Assembly (NCBI RefSeq): GCF_964355755.1
Contig: NC_092679.1
Coordinates: 4,308,201-4,372,200 of the forward strand
Direction of reading: 5' to 3'
From: Antedon mediterranea
Taxonomy: Eukaryota > Animalia > Echinodermata
Length of the DNA stretch: 64,000 nucleotides
The notes below the pieces were generated by a model, which did no database searches, was not told the DNA's origin, and saw nothing but the letters and a program-made list of their open reading frames with translations. Shown here piece by piece: positions 12,989-25,224 of this stretch (positions are counted from its first letter, which is position 1; every line of letters begins with the position of its first letter). The translations under genes and the position numbers were made by a program.

Positions 12989-14715
12989 ACTACCCTCAAC
13001 CAAACATATCGAACTTGTGGAGGAAATAAATCATGAAAAACCGATGCTGTTCATTATGTTATACTATTCTATTGAATTGAATAATTTGATAACCAAAATG
13101 TTATTGTTTGCGTTTTGAGATTGTTTTTTTTTTTTTATTAACTTTGCAATGAAGTATGTATACCAGATATTGCTGGTTTGTAGGAAATGAGGCTCTACGT
13201 AGGTGGCGCTAGGCCTATCAGTAGCTGCACGCGCGCGCCTCTTTAAATTAAAAAAAACGCGTTTTAGTTGCATGTTGTCAACAAATATTCTTAGTTTTTG
13301 ACATTATTATGCATCTTATTTTGCTTTTTTTTTTCAGGCTTGTATCGACGTTTTCACTTCTTTTAAAACCTTGTCAATACTGGTCCTAGCATGGATCACG
13401 AACAAACACGCGTGTCACATTCGAGGCATTAGTAAAGGATTCTTTAGGATTGGACTGAAATTGTTTGTATTTAAAAAACAATTAGCTTTTGTAGAAGTTC
13501 AACTTGTATTAGAAATCGACTATAGGCCTATTGATGCTAACATGTTTTTCAGAAAAAGTCAATATTGTCCCCAATGTTTTGCTTTCATGTTTTCGTTTTC
13601 AAAAAATCAATGACGTCATTAATTGTAAATGGCATTATACATTAAAGTAAACGATAATATAAAAATGTCACAAGAACCTTCTGAGATGTTATTGTGAGTA
13701 TTCTTTTAGTTTTAGTTGAGTTTATGTATCTGGTACATTATGTTAGAGGACGCTATACATATTCCAGATGAAAACATCTTACTCTCTTTAACGTTCTAGA
13801 GCATGGAGGTATAATTTTTTACCTCCATGTTCTAGATGTAGATCGCAATTTGCATGCCTTTTGAATTTTTACAGCTCAAAATATAAGAACACAGTTTATC
13901 ATGCATAGATCTGTTATCAGTGTAATGTTTATCACTTTATTCATTAATCTTTGCGATGCATTAAACAACGTTCTTTTATTAATTTTTCTTTCTTTTCGTT
14001 GCGTTTTATTTAATTTCTTTTGTCCGTTGCTTTTTAAATGCTGGTAAAACTGTCTGATTTCACACACTGGTTTTGATATTGTAAGTTCTTCGCAACAAAC
14101 GGTCCTTGATAGGCCACCGCACATCCAGAAACTCTGGTGGTAACTGTATATACTTTGAACCAATCGGAATGCTGCATTATTTTGAATGGAGATATGAGTG
14201 AAATGATTTTAACGGCTTTATCAACGGTACTTATTTCCTAACACAAAGATCAAACTTAATACTAATTTAACATTAATATCTGGAAAATATATTAAATATA
14301 ATCAATGCGCGTACTGCCCCTGACATCCATCAAAACAAGTTTCTACGATTTATTTTTGTGGTCTTTTCCCCTCGTTTTTATGTTGTTTAAATTTCAAAAT
14401 TCTTGCGAAATTGGGATTTGGAATACATAGGTATACATATAATTATTATGATGATGTGACCTAAACTTATGTTCTGTTAAAGAAGTGAAGCCTTATATTA
14501 ATTTTTATATGCATATTCTGTTATTTCTGTTATGAATAAATAATTAGTACCTATTTGGCATTTGTTTGCTGCGTAAAATAATTTGTATATAATGGTCATG
14601 TTGAAAATTAAAACTCTCTCTCTCTCCACATTCATTGATCTTTATTTCTTCATATCGGTGAAAACGCGTAGTGACCGCGCAGAGTCACAAAAATGTGTAC
14701 ATGAACGATGCATAT

Positions 14716-14748
<33 letters not shown>

Positions 14749-15220
14749 AACATATTTATACAGGATAATACACAATCAAGTAGAAATATTGTAAGATCTG
14801 TCCTAAATTTTTAGATATTCTGAAACAGGAAGCAATTAACACACGCCATAATGACATTTGTATTTACAATTTATTTACCGACCCCATGCAATGATTTAAC
14901 ATTTTGAACTTGTTATTAATAGACATTGTATATGATATGTTTACAATATTTCCCTTTGAAGATATTTGTATTAATCGCGCGCTCAATTCTTATATTTTAC
15001 CATCCGTCAGTCATAATAATAAAATTTATGAAACAGAAGGTTGGGTTACAGAAATAGATTACATAATTATAAGAACTAGATGGTTCGCTCGTTGGAACAT
15101 CCTCGTATTATTGTGTTGGTATTTTTCAAAATGGACATCCATTACAGTGTATACCACGATCGGAAAACTCCCCTATTTGGGGCAAATCGTTGAAGCTAAA
15201 TTCGTTTTAATTGTCAATAA

Positions 15221-15399
15221 AGCGTGGTTCCCACTAGCGACGCAACGCAAGGACGTAACGCAACGCAAGTGAATTGACCAATCACAAGCGATGGCTTATT
15301 CGCTTGTGATTGCTAACTGTCTTTAACTTCGCTTGTCATTGGTTAAAACGCTTGCGTTGCGTTTACGTCCTTGCGTTACGTTCTAGTGGGAACCAAGCT
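15221..15399. mobile_element. PIF/Harbinger-type MITE (family A)
   Basis: TIRs AGCGTGGTTCCCACTAG / CTAGTGGGAACCAAGCT; TAA on both sides. Confidence 0.85.
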
Positions 15400-16014
15400 T
15401 AAGGCGCGATTTAGCGAATTATGCCCTTACGTAAATTTATATATAGATGTGTTTGATCGATTCTTTCACTGGATTAGAATTTACGCCTATTATTATTAGG
15501 CCTATTATGTATTTTATATAATTATATTGTACTTAAAACCTTTAATTAATTTTCGCTTGTTATTTTCAGGAAGAGTAAATAGTATTATCAACAAAAATTA
15601 TTTTATAATAACACTATCTTACAAATACTCCGCGGTTGGTCCAACCTGCCAGACTAAGCCAGCTGGCTGTTTCCGTTGAGGGGGCGATAATTTTTGTGTC
15701 AATATCATGCGTGTATACTTCACATTAAAAAATACAGGTAATTAGCATAACATTAAACCTCTACCATTCATCTTTGAAGATGTTTTGATATTTGAAAAAA
15801 AGTCTAATATGTTGTTTTGTTACGGCAGAAGGTGTTATCTTGAACTCGGTGAGTAAGAAATGCAAATTAGGCTTCTTAACTAGAAACTTTAGCCTATAAT
15901 AGTACGTTATTGTTGGAACTTCATTTAGTTCCGAAAGTGGAAAACCAAGAAATCTGACATTATTATAGGTTATCTAAATGAATTTTCGTAAACACTTTAA
16001 TGGATAAAGACTAA

Positions 16015-16220
16015 AGCCCGTTTTCCTGTCGACGCTATTCGACGCTATCGTTAACAATAATCGGCGATCTTCTACGTAAACATTGAAATGTTAACGATTT
16101 ACAGGAAAAGGCATTCGCTATCGTTATCATTTCAACTTTGTCGTTTTCAAACGATCGTCGTTGAGAACTGTTAACGATCAACGACGATAGCGTCGAATAA
16201 CGTCGACAGGAAAACAGGCT
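16015..16220. mobile_element. PIF/Harbinger-type MITE (family B)
   Basis: ~36-bp TIRs AGCCCGTTTTCCTGTCGACGCTATTCGACGCTATCG / CGATAGCGTCGAATAACGTCGACAGGAAAACAGGCT; TAA/TTA flanks. Confidence 0.85.
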
Positions 16221-17072
16221 TTAAAATCGAATTGGTCTAAACATTTGGAAACTTGTTTGGAATTAGTGGATCAATCGAATCCATGTTTGAAACTTTTAAC
16301 TTATTATGTTTTCATGTAGGCAAATTTCTTATACTATATTTAAAGCGAAATTGAACGACATTGATTTGACGATTAACCGACATTAACAGTTGTGAAGATA
16401 AACCTAAATAAACAGCGTGTTTAAGGAAAGAGATTGGAATTACATTATTAATTATTTCTGTGAACATAATGTATCATTTTCCTTTTCAGATTAAATTGAA
16501 ATTAAATTGAGCATTTGAAACGGAGTTTTTGGTTTGTTTAGTGGGAAACAGATTTCGACTTCTTGCGGAGAAGTTAAGACGTCTGACATTGCAGTTTACC
16601 TTCCGTCAGAGAGCGAGTTTGAACATCTTCGTTTTTTATCCTGTTTTAATCGGAATGGAAACGATGGAATATAACCATCGTTGTGTACTCGGTCTATACG
16701 TTGCTTTATAATGTAAAGCAAGCATTTTGTAAAAGACGAAACATTGTGATGATTGTTGCGTATAACTTTCCTGTTTTAGTGAAAGACCGTTTTCTGAGAA
16801 AATTTTGCGTTTTGTATATTCGTTTTCATTTCAAATAGAAATACCGAAAATCTTATGCGTATTTTATTGCCTTGATATGAGTTCAAATGTATTAAAAGAT
16901 ATTCTAAAGATATTTATCGTGCAGGTGAAATCCAAGCCAAATATTAAGCTGAATTTATTGTGCGTCCACCGGAAAACGTCAGACAATCTTAACGGATACG
17001 TTCTCTTAACTGATATTGATAATTCAACGTATAGATCTATATTTATACTCGGTAATAATAGTTGTTTGAATA

Positions 17073-18095
17073 ATGAGTAAATCTAACAAACAAAATCCTG
17101 TAATTCGCCCGACCAACATCTTGCCAGCCTCTTTTTTGAAGGCATCGTCAGTGACGGAATTGCAAACGATGAGAAATAATGAGACCGCGCAAAAGCGTCT
17201 CAACCGTCAGCTTACAACTTTACAGAAGCAGAACTCAAGAGAGCTTTATGATTCATCGCTAAAGTTTAAACAGGTTGCAAAAGACATTCGCTTAGTAAAG
17301 CTTAAGGCAAGTAAGTCGATTGAGGAGTGGATGACAACGTCAGAAAAACGGATGGAGATGGAAAAAGCGGAGGAAAAACGCAAGATTGGAGACAGAATAG
17401 AACGATTAAGGAGACGTTCCTCCGCGTTGGGCATATCGAGTGATAACGCAAAGAAGATCGCTTCAATTCCGCAGAACTTTGAATTGTCGTTTGAGGTTGC
17501 GAATCGGCGGCGACGATTTTCGATCGATTCTGTCGGAAGTAACGCAAGCTCAGAATCTCCGCGTGGTTCAACTGATAAATTGCCGATTCTCTTACCACAT
17601 GTCGGCCTTGTTGCCAATATCGCCGCCGCTCCAAGTAGTAAAGAAAAACAGTTTCCTAAAAGTAAAACACACCGCGGAAGGTCGAATTCACTCATCTCTC
17701 AGACGTTTCCACAGCGGCGTTTAAATAAAACTTTTGATGACGAAAATCCAATGCAACCCCATGAAGTAGGCCTAACTAGCGAGTTTACAAATTCATTTAA
17801 AGATAGTGTGCATATAAATGACGATGGTGACGATGTTGACGGAAATGGTAGTCGTATACGGTGCAACACATGGCCGTCACAGGATGACGCATTCGCGTCA
17901 AAAACGTCAACAGTAACGCGTTTACCAAATATATCACAGATGAAAGGCAATTTAACTACAAGAGTTGATAAAACGTCAGAAATGTTTCGTGAAAAGGAGA
18001 ATCACTTAAAAACACCGAATTACTACATGTGTAATTACAGAAATAGAATGGTTGGGACTGAACAGACGACTGACGGTGCGGATGAGGAAGTATAA
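17073..18095 (+). CDS. Uncharacterised 340-aa protein with N-terminal coiled coil (possibly CCDC190-like) and a disordered tail rich in basophilic kinase sites
   Basis: 1023-bp ORF with raised GC in an AT-rich background; candidate acceptor at 16924 for a non-coding upstream exon; heptad-like ELQTMRNNETAQKRLNRQLTTLQKQ; motifs RRRSS, RRRRFS, RGRSNS, RIRCNTWP. Confidence 0.8.
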   Translation: MSKSNKQNPVIRPTNILPASFLKASSVTELQTMRNNETAQKRLNRQLTTLQKQNSRELYDSSLKFKQVAKDIRLVKLKASKSIEEWMTTSEKRMEMEKAEEKRKIGDRIERLRRRSSALGISSDNAKKIASIPQNFELSFEVANRRRRFSIDSVGSNASSESPRGSTDKLPILLPHVGLVANIAAAPSSKEKQFPKSKTHRGRSNSLISQTFPQRRLNKTFDDENPMQPHEVGLTSEFTNSFKDSVHINDDGDDVDGNGSRIRCNTWPSQDDAFASKTSTVTRLPNISQMKGNLTTRVDKTSEMFREKENHLKTPNYYMCNYRNRMVGTEQTTDGADEEV

Positions 18096-18236
18096 GCGAT
18101 CTAATTTATTTATTCAAACAATTAAATTAATCATGATGGCATGATTGTGGAACAATATCATCCGCCATCAAATAGCTTTTGTAATTTATTATTAATATAT
18201 TTGATACAATTTAGACTTAAGTAGGTCTACTGTTAA

Positions 18237-18591
18237 AGCTTGGATCCCACTAGAGACACAACGCAAGAACGTAGACGCAACGCAAGCGAGTTGACCAATG
18301 AGAAGCGACAGTTTGTATAGTTCATCGCTAAAGCTTGGTTCCCACTAGATAACGTAACGCAAGGACGTAAACGCAACGCAAGCGTTTTAACCAATGACAA
18401 GAGAAGTTATAGACAGTTAGCAATCACAAGCGAATAAGCCATGGCTTGTGATTGGTCAATTCACTTGCGTTGCGTTACGTCCTTGTGTTGCGTCGCTAGT
18501 GGGAACCACGCTTTATGATTGTTGAAATCACTTACGTTGCGTTACGTCCTTGTCCCGGTCCTTGTATTGCGTCTCTAGTGAGAACCAAGCT
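18237..18591. mobile_element. Family A-related MITE containing a nested family A MITE (18332-18512)
   Basis: Outer TIRs AGCTTGGATCCCACTAGAGAC / GTCTCTAGTGAGAACCAAGCT with TAA TSD; the inner element is the reverse complement of 15221-15399. Confidence 0.85.
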
Positions 18592-18906
18592 TAAATGGGC
18601 AGATGTTTGCACTTCTCGACAACAACGCATTCTATTTTGCTTGGCAATGTTTTTAAAAAGTATGTTTTGTGATTACCGCGCGGCAATGTTAGCAATAGCT
18701 GTTCTAGTGTCACTAGAACAGCAGACGATACAGTTTATATTTGCGCGCGTATAATTATTGTGAGGCTTGAATTATGACGATAAGAATAAAGTATTTTAAA
18801 TTGTGGTAAAACTATTTTGTTGTTCATGTATTTGAAGTTTCAGTTGTCCGGTGAAAATTTGATTGATAAACTGGAATGATCCGTCGTGATTGGTCAGATC
18901 AGCAAG

Positions 18907-19730
18907 CAAATGTTTTCATAGACTCTCTTTTCCCGTGCTTTGGGGTGTGCGCAAGCCCAGTCCTAGTTTTCAAATACCCAATTTTTCGGCTGTAGTAACT
19001 TTAAGCTACCGCATGGTGACTGTTTCCGAATGCTTCCGTTCTCTAAAGGAAGCATTGATACGATTTATTATTTTTCGTGTAAGTATACGTCCTTGCGTTG
19101 ACTTTTAGGGGAAACCCCCACCACATGACTCGCGTTACACGATACAGAGTTCTACGCGCGCATAGTAGCTGCACCTATTGAGACCTTTTCGCGCCGCTCC
19201 TTTAGAAAACGGAAGCTTTAAGCTGATTTTCCACTACTAGACGAATTTGTTCGCGCGAATCCAACGTTTCGAAGAGAAAAAAATCGCCTACTCTCTTTCC
19301 ACTACATGAGCGAATAGCTGCGACGTTAATGTTCCTCGCGTGGTTGCTGAGCATTTCGATTCGCATGAGTGCTCATGAAAGCGTCATAGCTCATTTCCTG
19401 AGCTCTGATTGGTTGCGCAATATTTCGCTTCGCAAAAAGTAGAAACAATTCGAACTAGTAAATTTCGCTGAAGCGAAAAATAAAGGAACTAGAATTCGTC
19501 GAAGAAGGCAGTATGACAGACAGAAACGCGAATACGCATGTGCATAGCATGACGCTTTCGATTCGCGCGAACAAATTCGCCTAGTGGAAAATCGGCTTTA
19601 GGAATTGAAACAGTCACCATGCGGTAACTCAAAGTTACGGCCGAAAAAAATGGGTACTCGGACTGGGCATGCGCATACCCCAAAGCACGTCTGGGAAAAG
19701 AGAGTTTATGAAAACATTTGTTGGTAAAAT
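18907..19730. repeat. Long inverted repeat / foldback element
   Basis: 18907-19050 is the reverse complement of 19198-19220 plus 19601-19730; the right arm is interrupted by the MITE at 19221-19597. Confidence 0.75.
19221..19597. mobile_element. PIF/Harbinger-type MITE (family C)
   Basis: TIRs AGCTGATTTTCCACTA...CGAATTTGTTCGCGCGAATC / GATTCGCGCGAACAAATTCGCCTAGTGGAAAATCGGCT; exact TTA TSD. Confidence 0.85.
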
Positions 19731-19740
19731 TATTGAGATG

Positions 19741-20547
19741 CATGTGTTATGCGCGATTTGAACGATTTGCGCAATTTGAAATTGCGCAAAAAAATCCTTG
19801 CGCAATTTTAAATTGTGCAAAGAATTCTTGCGCAATTTTAAATTGCGCAAGGATTTTTTTGCGCAATTTCAAATTGCGCAATCAACTTGCGCAATTTCAA
19901 ATTGCGCAAGAAAATCTTTGCGCAATTTTAAATTGCGCTGCACAATTTGTAAATTGCGCAAGATAGTTCTTGCGCAATATGACACCTTTGCGCAATTTGA
20001 AAACGAACTGTAAATTTTCCCATACATGGCTAGGCTAGGCCTAGGCAGAGGAGTTTAAAATTTAGTATTTTATTATATAAATAAGACCATTTCAATGAAG
20101 ATAATGTTTAATACTCACTTTTTAAGTTTTTAATATTAGTTTAAGCTAGGCCATGTAACCTAGTCAGTATCAGTAGTCCAGACCCTAGCTAGGCTAGAGT
20201 AGTATAGCCGGCCGCCCGCGCCGCGCCCGCCTGGTGGAACACCACCGCTTCGTTTTCCTTCGTCGGTTCTTCGACGGTATGCTAACTTATAACAATATTT
20301 GCACTACTAAAATAAGGAAATGCGATATTTATCTTTAATTTTGAATCATTCTTAGAAATTACTATAAAAATATGGGTGTGCATGATTTCACAATCTGTCG
20401 AAAAACCTTGCGCAATTTGCAGATTACTTGCGCAATTTAATACGTTGCTTGCGCAATTTGAAACACATGTTTCAATTCAAATTGCGCAAGGATTTTTTTT
20501 GCGCAATTTCAAATTGCGCAAATCGTTCAAATCGCGCATAACACATG
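19741..20547. mobile_element. Non-autonomous TIR element with subterminal TTGCGCAA palindrome arrays
   Basis: ~70-bp TIR beginning CATGTGTTATGCGCGATTTGAACGATTTGCGCAATTTGAAATTGCGC; ~30-bp subrepeats; no clear TSD. Confidence 0.8.
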
Positions 20548-20721
20548 TAAACGGTAGTTATCGTGAGATGAGCGGCGTTTTTTGTAAGAAATATTTCTTG
20601 TTTAAAGAATAATTATTTAATTGATTAATATTAAAATAGAAAAAACGGCAAGAACAGTACAAGTTGTATTAGTACAGTACAAGTTATATAAGTACAATAC
20701 AAGTTATATAAGTACAGTACA

Positions 20722-21160
20722 AGTGTTTCGCAAGCCGGTCTTCAGCAGGCTTGAAGCTTCAGAGAGCTGACTTGATCTGATTCTTGTAAAGCACTAACAA
20801 TGTCATAGCTGACTTTGATATTTGGTTCCCCATGCTCTCCTCATCTTTCTCCTCTTCGTCGTGGTAACCATGAGGTTGTTTTCGATGGTAATTAGCAGTT
20901 GTTTCTTTAATTAATGTACGGCGAACTTTGTCTGGTTTCTTTGTTTTTGGTGGTGTATAATATGGTACACTTTCTGACTTTTCTGAAGGTTTTTTTATTG
21001 TTTTAGTTTGTGGTTTATTACTATGATTTATATCATTAAATTATATAGTGGATGCATAATCATCTCATATAACTCTCTTTTATCTTTCTAAGTTCAGTTT
21101 CTTGTTTGGCAATTATTTCTTGCAGTTCTTTTTCCTTTTGCTTAATAATATCAATTTGCT
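20722..21160 (-). pseudogene. Duplicated, frameshifted fragment of the ZC2HC1C-like exon (source 23718-24176)
   Basis: Near-identical to the source, with indels and an internal deletion. Preceded by 20-bp minisatellite units from the same gene's intron and flanked by an ~80-bp direct duplication. Confidence 0.9.
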
Positions 21161-22190
21161 GAGCGGCGTTTTTTGTAAGAAATATTTCTTGTTTAAAGAA
21201 TAATTATTTTATTGATTAATACTAAAATAGAAAAAACAGACAAACACTGTAATGATTGTAGCGACGCATTTAATGATGAGCTTTAAAGGAGGAAGCATTA
21301 ATTATAAAAGTAATACATATTTGTAATATGGTAAATATTTAATGATTAGTACCATGAAAAGGGGCAGGGTAAATTATGAATATGATGATTACAGATTGTT
21401 TTATAGATTGGTTTGAGGAGAAAAAAAAACTTGAAACAAAATAAGCATCTATAAAATTGAACCAATGACGGGATGGATGACTAAACATTGATTTAGACAT
21501 TGATAATTTATTTTTATGTAACCTTTTGAGAAACTTAATTTTTAAAGGGGGGTAAGAACGGACCCATCAGCCGAATTTGAACATGTGACCCTTGGCTTAC
21601 AAGGTGAGTATCAACATACTTTTTTCCGTCTTTAGAATCTAATAATTTACTAATAATAATATACAGTACATAGCTATATTTTGTGTATAACTTTGGAGAT
21701 TCTAAATAGTAGGACTACTTAATCTTTGCTCATGTCAAAGTTCAAATATCAGATGAGCTTGACTCTTGTGTCACTAGCACCATTAAAATTAATGTTATAA
21801 ACAAACAATATAACATTTAATGTGAAAATTCATCTGCAAGTAATTTATATTGGTTTATATATTCCACTGCAGTATTAATTCATGCTACATAGATTGGAAT
21901 GTTTCCAGCTTAATTTTTGGGTTGTATTTTTAGATTACACTGCTTTAGTTATTAAAATATGAATATAGTTTTTAAAATTTTTGTTTATTTCTAAACACAA
22001 TCAAAATAATATAAAAGTTATGATAAATAATATACTAATAATTATATTTAAAAAATCATTGGTTTTTGGTTTGTTAAAAATGGTAAATAATTGTTCAAAA
22101 ACTTTCATAATATATACATAATTAGTACCTTAAATTATTAAAAGTTTATCTAAATATAATTCTGACTAAAATACAAGCACACACAGTGAA

Positions 22191-25100
22191 CTACCGTCGC
22201 TTAGACGGCGGTTTTGGACGACTTTTTATGTCTTTGCATTTTGGGATATGTCGCTCAGCAGTGGACGGATTGAACTTACGTTTACAATATGGACATTCTT
22301 TATAATCGGAATTGTCACTCGGTGGAGGCGGAGGCAAATCTGACGCTTTCCCGCCTTTTGCGATATGAGCTTGTACCAGACGAGCATCACGCACTGTACG
22401 CACAAAGTCCTCATGCTTTCGTTTCCAGTTTGATTTTTTAGGCTAAAAAAAAAACAAACAGAAATTTGGAGTTAGATGAATATAATGTGAATTACAAACA
22501 AAAATAAATTAGCTTTTTTAAATTTTATTGCACTCTATGTAAGTGTAATGAGTTCAGCAGGGAGTTATTAAAAATAACAACTTTCTTAGTTTACTAGGCT
22601 AGAATAACAAAAATAGATCGAATTAGGATCGTATGAGAGAATGAATAGTATTTACAAGCAGTAAGATTAATTCAATTACGAGTGAATAATAGGCTCTGAT
22701 TTGAGCAGGTGTTCTCTACTGTCAAATTGTTTAATGACTCAAACTGCTAACTATATGATAAATTAAATCTATAACAATGTTGATGACTTGGATAGAAGTG
22801 GTGACAACATGATTCGCCCAACAGAGAGATTGTGAACCTTTACAGGGGGTCTACATGAACTCGAAAAGCCAAAAACAATAAATAAATAATTTAAAAAACA
22901 GTACAATGCAATTTGTATAAGTAAAGTTATATTATACAAGTATATTGTATAAGTACAGTACATATTGTATAAGTACAGTACAAGTTGTATAAGTACAGTA
23001 CAAGTTGTATCAGTACAGTACAAGTTGTAACAGTACGGTACATATTGTATAAGTCCAGTACAAGGTGTATAAGTACAGTACAAGGTGTATAAGTACAGTA
23101 CAAGGTGTATAAGTACAGTACAAGTTGTATAAGTACAGTACAAGTTGTATAAGTACAGTACAAGTTGTATAAGTACAGTACAAGTTGTATAAGTACAGTA
23201 CAAGTTATATAAGTACAGTACAAGTTGTATAAGTACAGTACAAGTTATATAAGTACAGTACAAGTTGTATAAGTACAGTACAAGTTATATAAGTACAGTA
23301 CAAGTTGTATAAGTACAGTACAAGTTATATAAGTACAGTACAAGTTATATAAGTACAGTACAAGTTATATAAGTACAGTACAAGTTATATAAGTACAGTA
23401 CAAGTTATATAAGTACAGTACAAGTTGTATAAGTACAGTACAAGTTATATAAGTACAGTACAAGTTATATAAGTACAGTACAAGTTATATAAGTACAGTA
23501 CAAGTTATATAAGTACAGTACAAGTTATATAAGTACAGTACAAGTGTATAAGTACAGTAAGTTATATGTTTTATTAATAGTAATACACTCACAGTTGGTT
23601 CTGATTTAAGATGATGTCCATTTTTAACATATTGTTCACATTCAGTACCAGCTGTCCGTTGCTTTGCCATGTCAAAAGTTTTCCTCTTTTTCGTTGATGT
23701 CTTACGACAAATGACAGAGTGTTTCGCAAGCCGGTCTTCAGCAAACTTGCGACCACATGCATTGCAGGCTTGAAGCTTCAGAGAGCTGACTTGATCTGAT
23801 TCTTGTAAAGCACCAACAATGTCATAGCTGACTTTGATATTTGGTTCCATGCTCTCCTCATCTTCCTCCTCTTCGTCGTGGTAACCATGAGGTTGTTTTC
23901 GATGGTAATTAGCAGTTGTTTCTTTAATTAATGGACGGCGAACTTTGTCTGGTTTCTTTGTTTTTGGTGGTGTATAATACGGTACACTTTCTGACTTTTC
24001 TGAAGGTTTTTTGGTTGTTTTAGTTTGTGGTTTAATACTATGACTATCATTAAATTGTCTAGGGGATGCATATTCATCACTCATATAACTCTCCTTTATT
24101 TTTTTAAGTTCAGCCTCTTGTTTGGCAATTATTTCTTGCAGTTCTTTTTCCTTTTGCTTAATAATATCAATTTGCTTTTGTCTATCGTGTTCAACTTTTG
24201 TATTTTTTTCTTTTTTACTACGTTTCTTTACATCATTTCTTGTCCAATTTGTCTCTTCAAATTGGTTGAAATCAAACATGTTTTCATCATCATGTTGTTT
24301 TTGCTTCCTGAGTTTACTGAGTCGCTGTTCTCTTTCTAAATCTTGATCCATCTGCCATTTCTGAAAGTCACTTAATTTCTCTTCCCTTTTTCTTGGTGCA
24401 GCAACTTTCTTTTGATATCTATCCTCTTTTATTTCACTGATTATTTTCTTTCTATTCCCGACAAAACCTGCTGTCTTTTCATAAGGATTTTGCTCCCACT
24501 TGTTATGTGATCTTGGTTCTCTAGTATATGGTGGATCTTCATCACTAGATTCTTCTGTTGTTTCTTGAGAATATCTTTTCGGTAACTTAGTCACACTGTT
24601 TGTCTTTTTTAGTTTCTTTTTAGTAAACACCTCTTTAGTAGTATTCCTATTGGGTATATGTTCATCGGTATTTTCAGTGAATCTATGTTGAGATATGTTC
24701 ATATTATGTACAGTGGATCTGTGCTTCAGTGGAGCAAGAGGTTTGGCACGATCCAGTCCTGCTGGAGGTTTTCTACTTAAATCTTCCCTTGCATGCATCT
24801 TTGATAAATCCTGTCTCATGTGTGCTTCACGTTGTTGTTGAACCTTAGATTTCATCCTATTAAAGTGGTCGTCTCTCGTTGGTATATTACTTTGTACGGT
24901 GCCTTGTTCGATCAGGCGACGTTCACGGAAAAAGTCACGGACCATACCCTTTTCTGCCGGCTGTTTTGAAGATATTTTTTGTAAAGCTTGATACTGTTGC
25001 CGCTCATACATGTCAATCATTTTCGCCTCCTTTTCTTTCATCACTTTATACTGAAAGTTTGCTTGTAACTTCTGAAGCCTTGATTGCTGAGGCGCACTCG

Positions 25101-25224
25101 GAAACCTTTCAACCTTGCTAACTTCTGCGGGAAAGGTTTCTCGAGATGTTCCTGAAGGAGCTGTTCGCCTCATGTTCTGTTTGTTATAATAGGTATGATG
25201 AGAAGGTGGGTAAAAATCTGCCAT
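22191..25224 (-). CDS. ZC2HC1C: Zinc finger C2HC domain-containing protein 1C-like, 627 aa
   Basis: Exons 25224-23593 (donor GTGAGT, phase 0) and 22442-22191. Two C2HC fingers (CNACGRKFAEDRLAKHSVIC, CPYCKRKFNPSTAERHIPKC), the family motif SNWKRKHEDFVRTVRDAR, and a long charged N-terminus. Acceptor at 25251 and candidate non-coding-exon donors at 26219/26296. Confidence 0.85.
22945..23560. repeat. 20-bp minisatellite, ~30 copies, in the ZC2HC1C intron
   Basis: Unit AAGTACAGTACAAGTTRTAT. Confidence 0.97.

Noticed and set aside
17246-17950. Antisense and alternative-frame ORFs over the 340-aa gene
   Set aside because: Shadow ORFs with no recognisable motif.
22769-23592. Tyr/Cys-rich ORFs and the C-terminal tail of the 579-aa ORF
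   Set aside because: Read-through into the 20-bp minisatellite intron; the exon ends at the donor at 23592.
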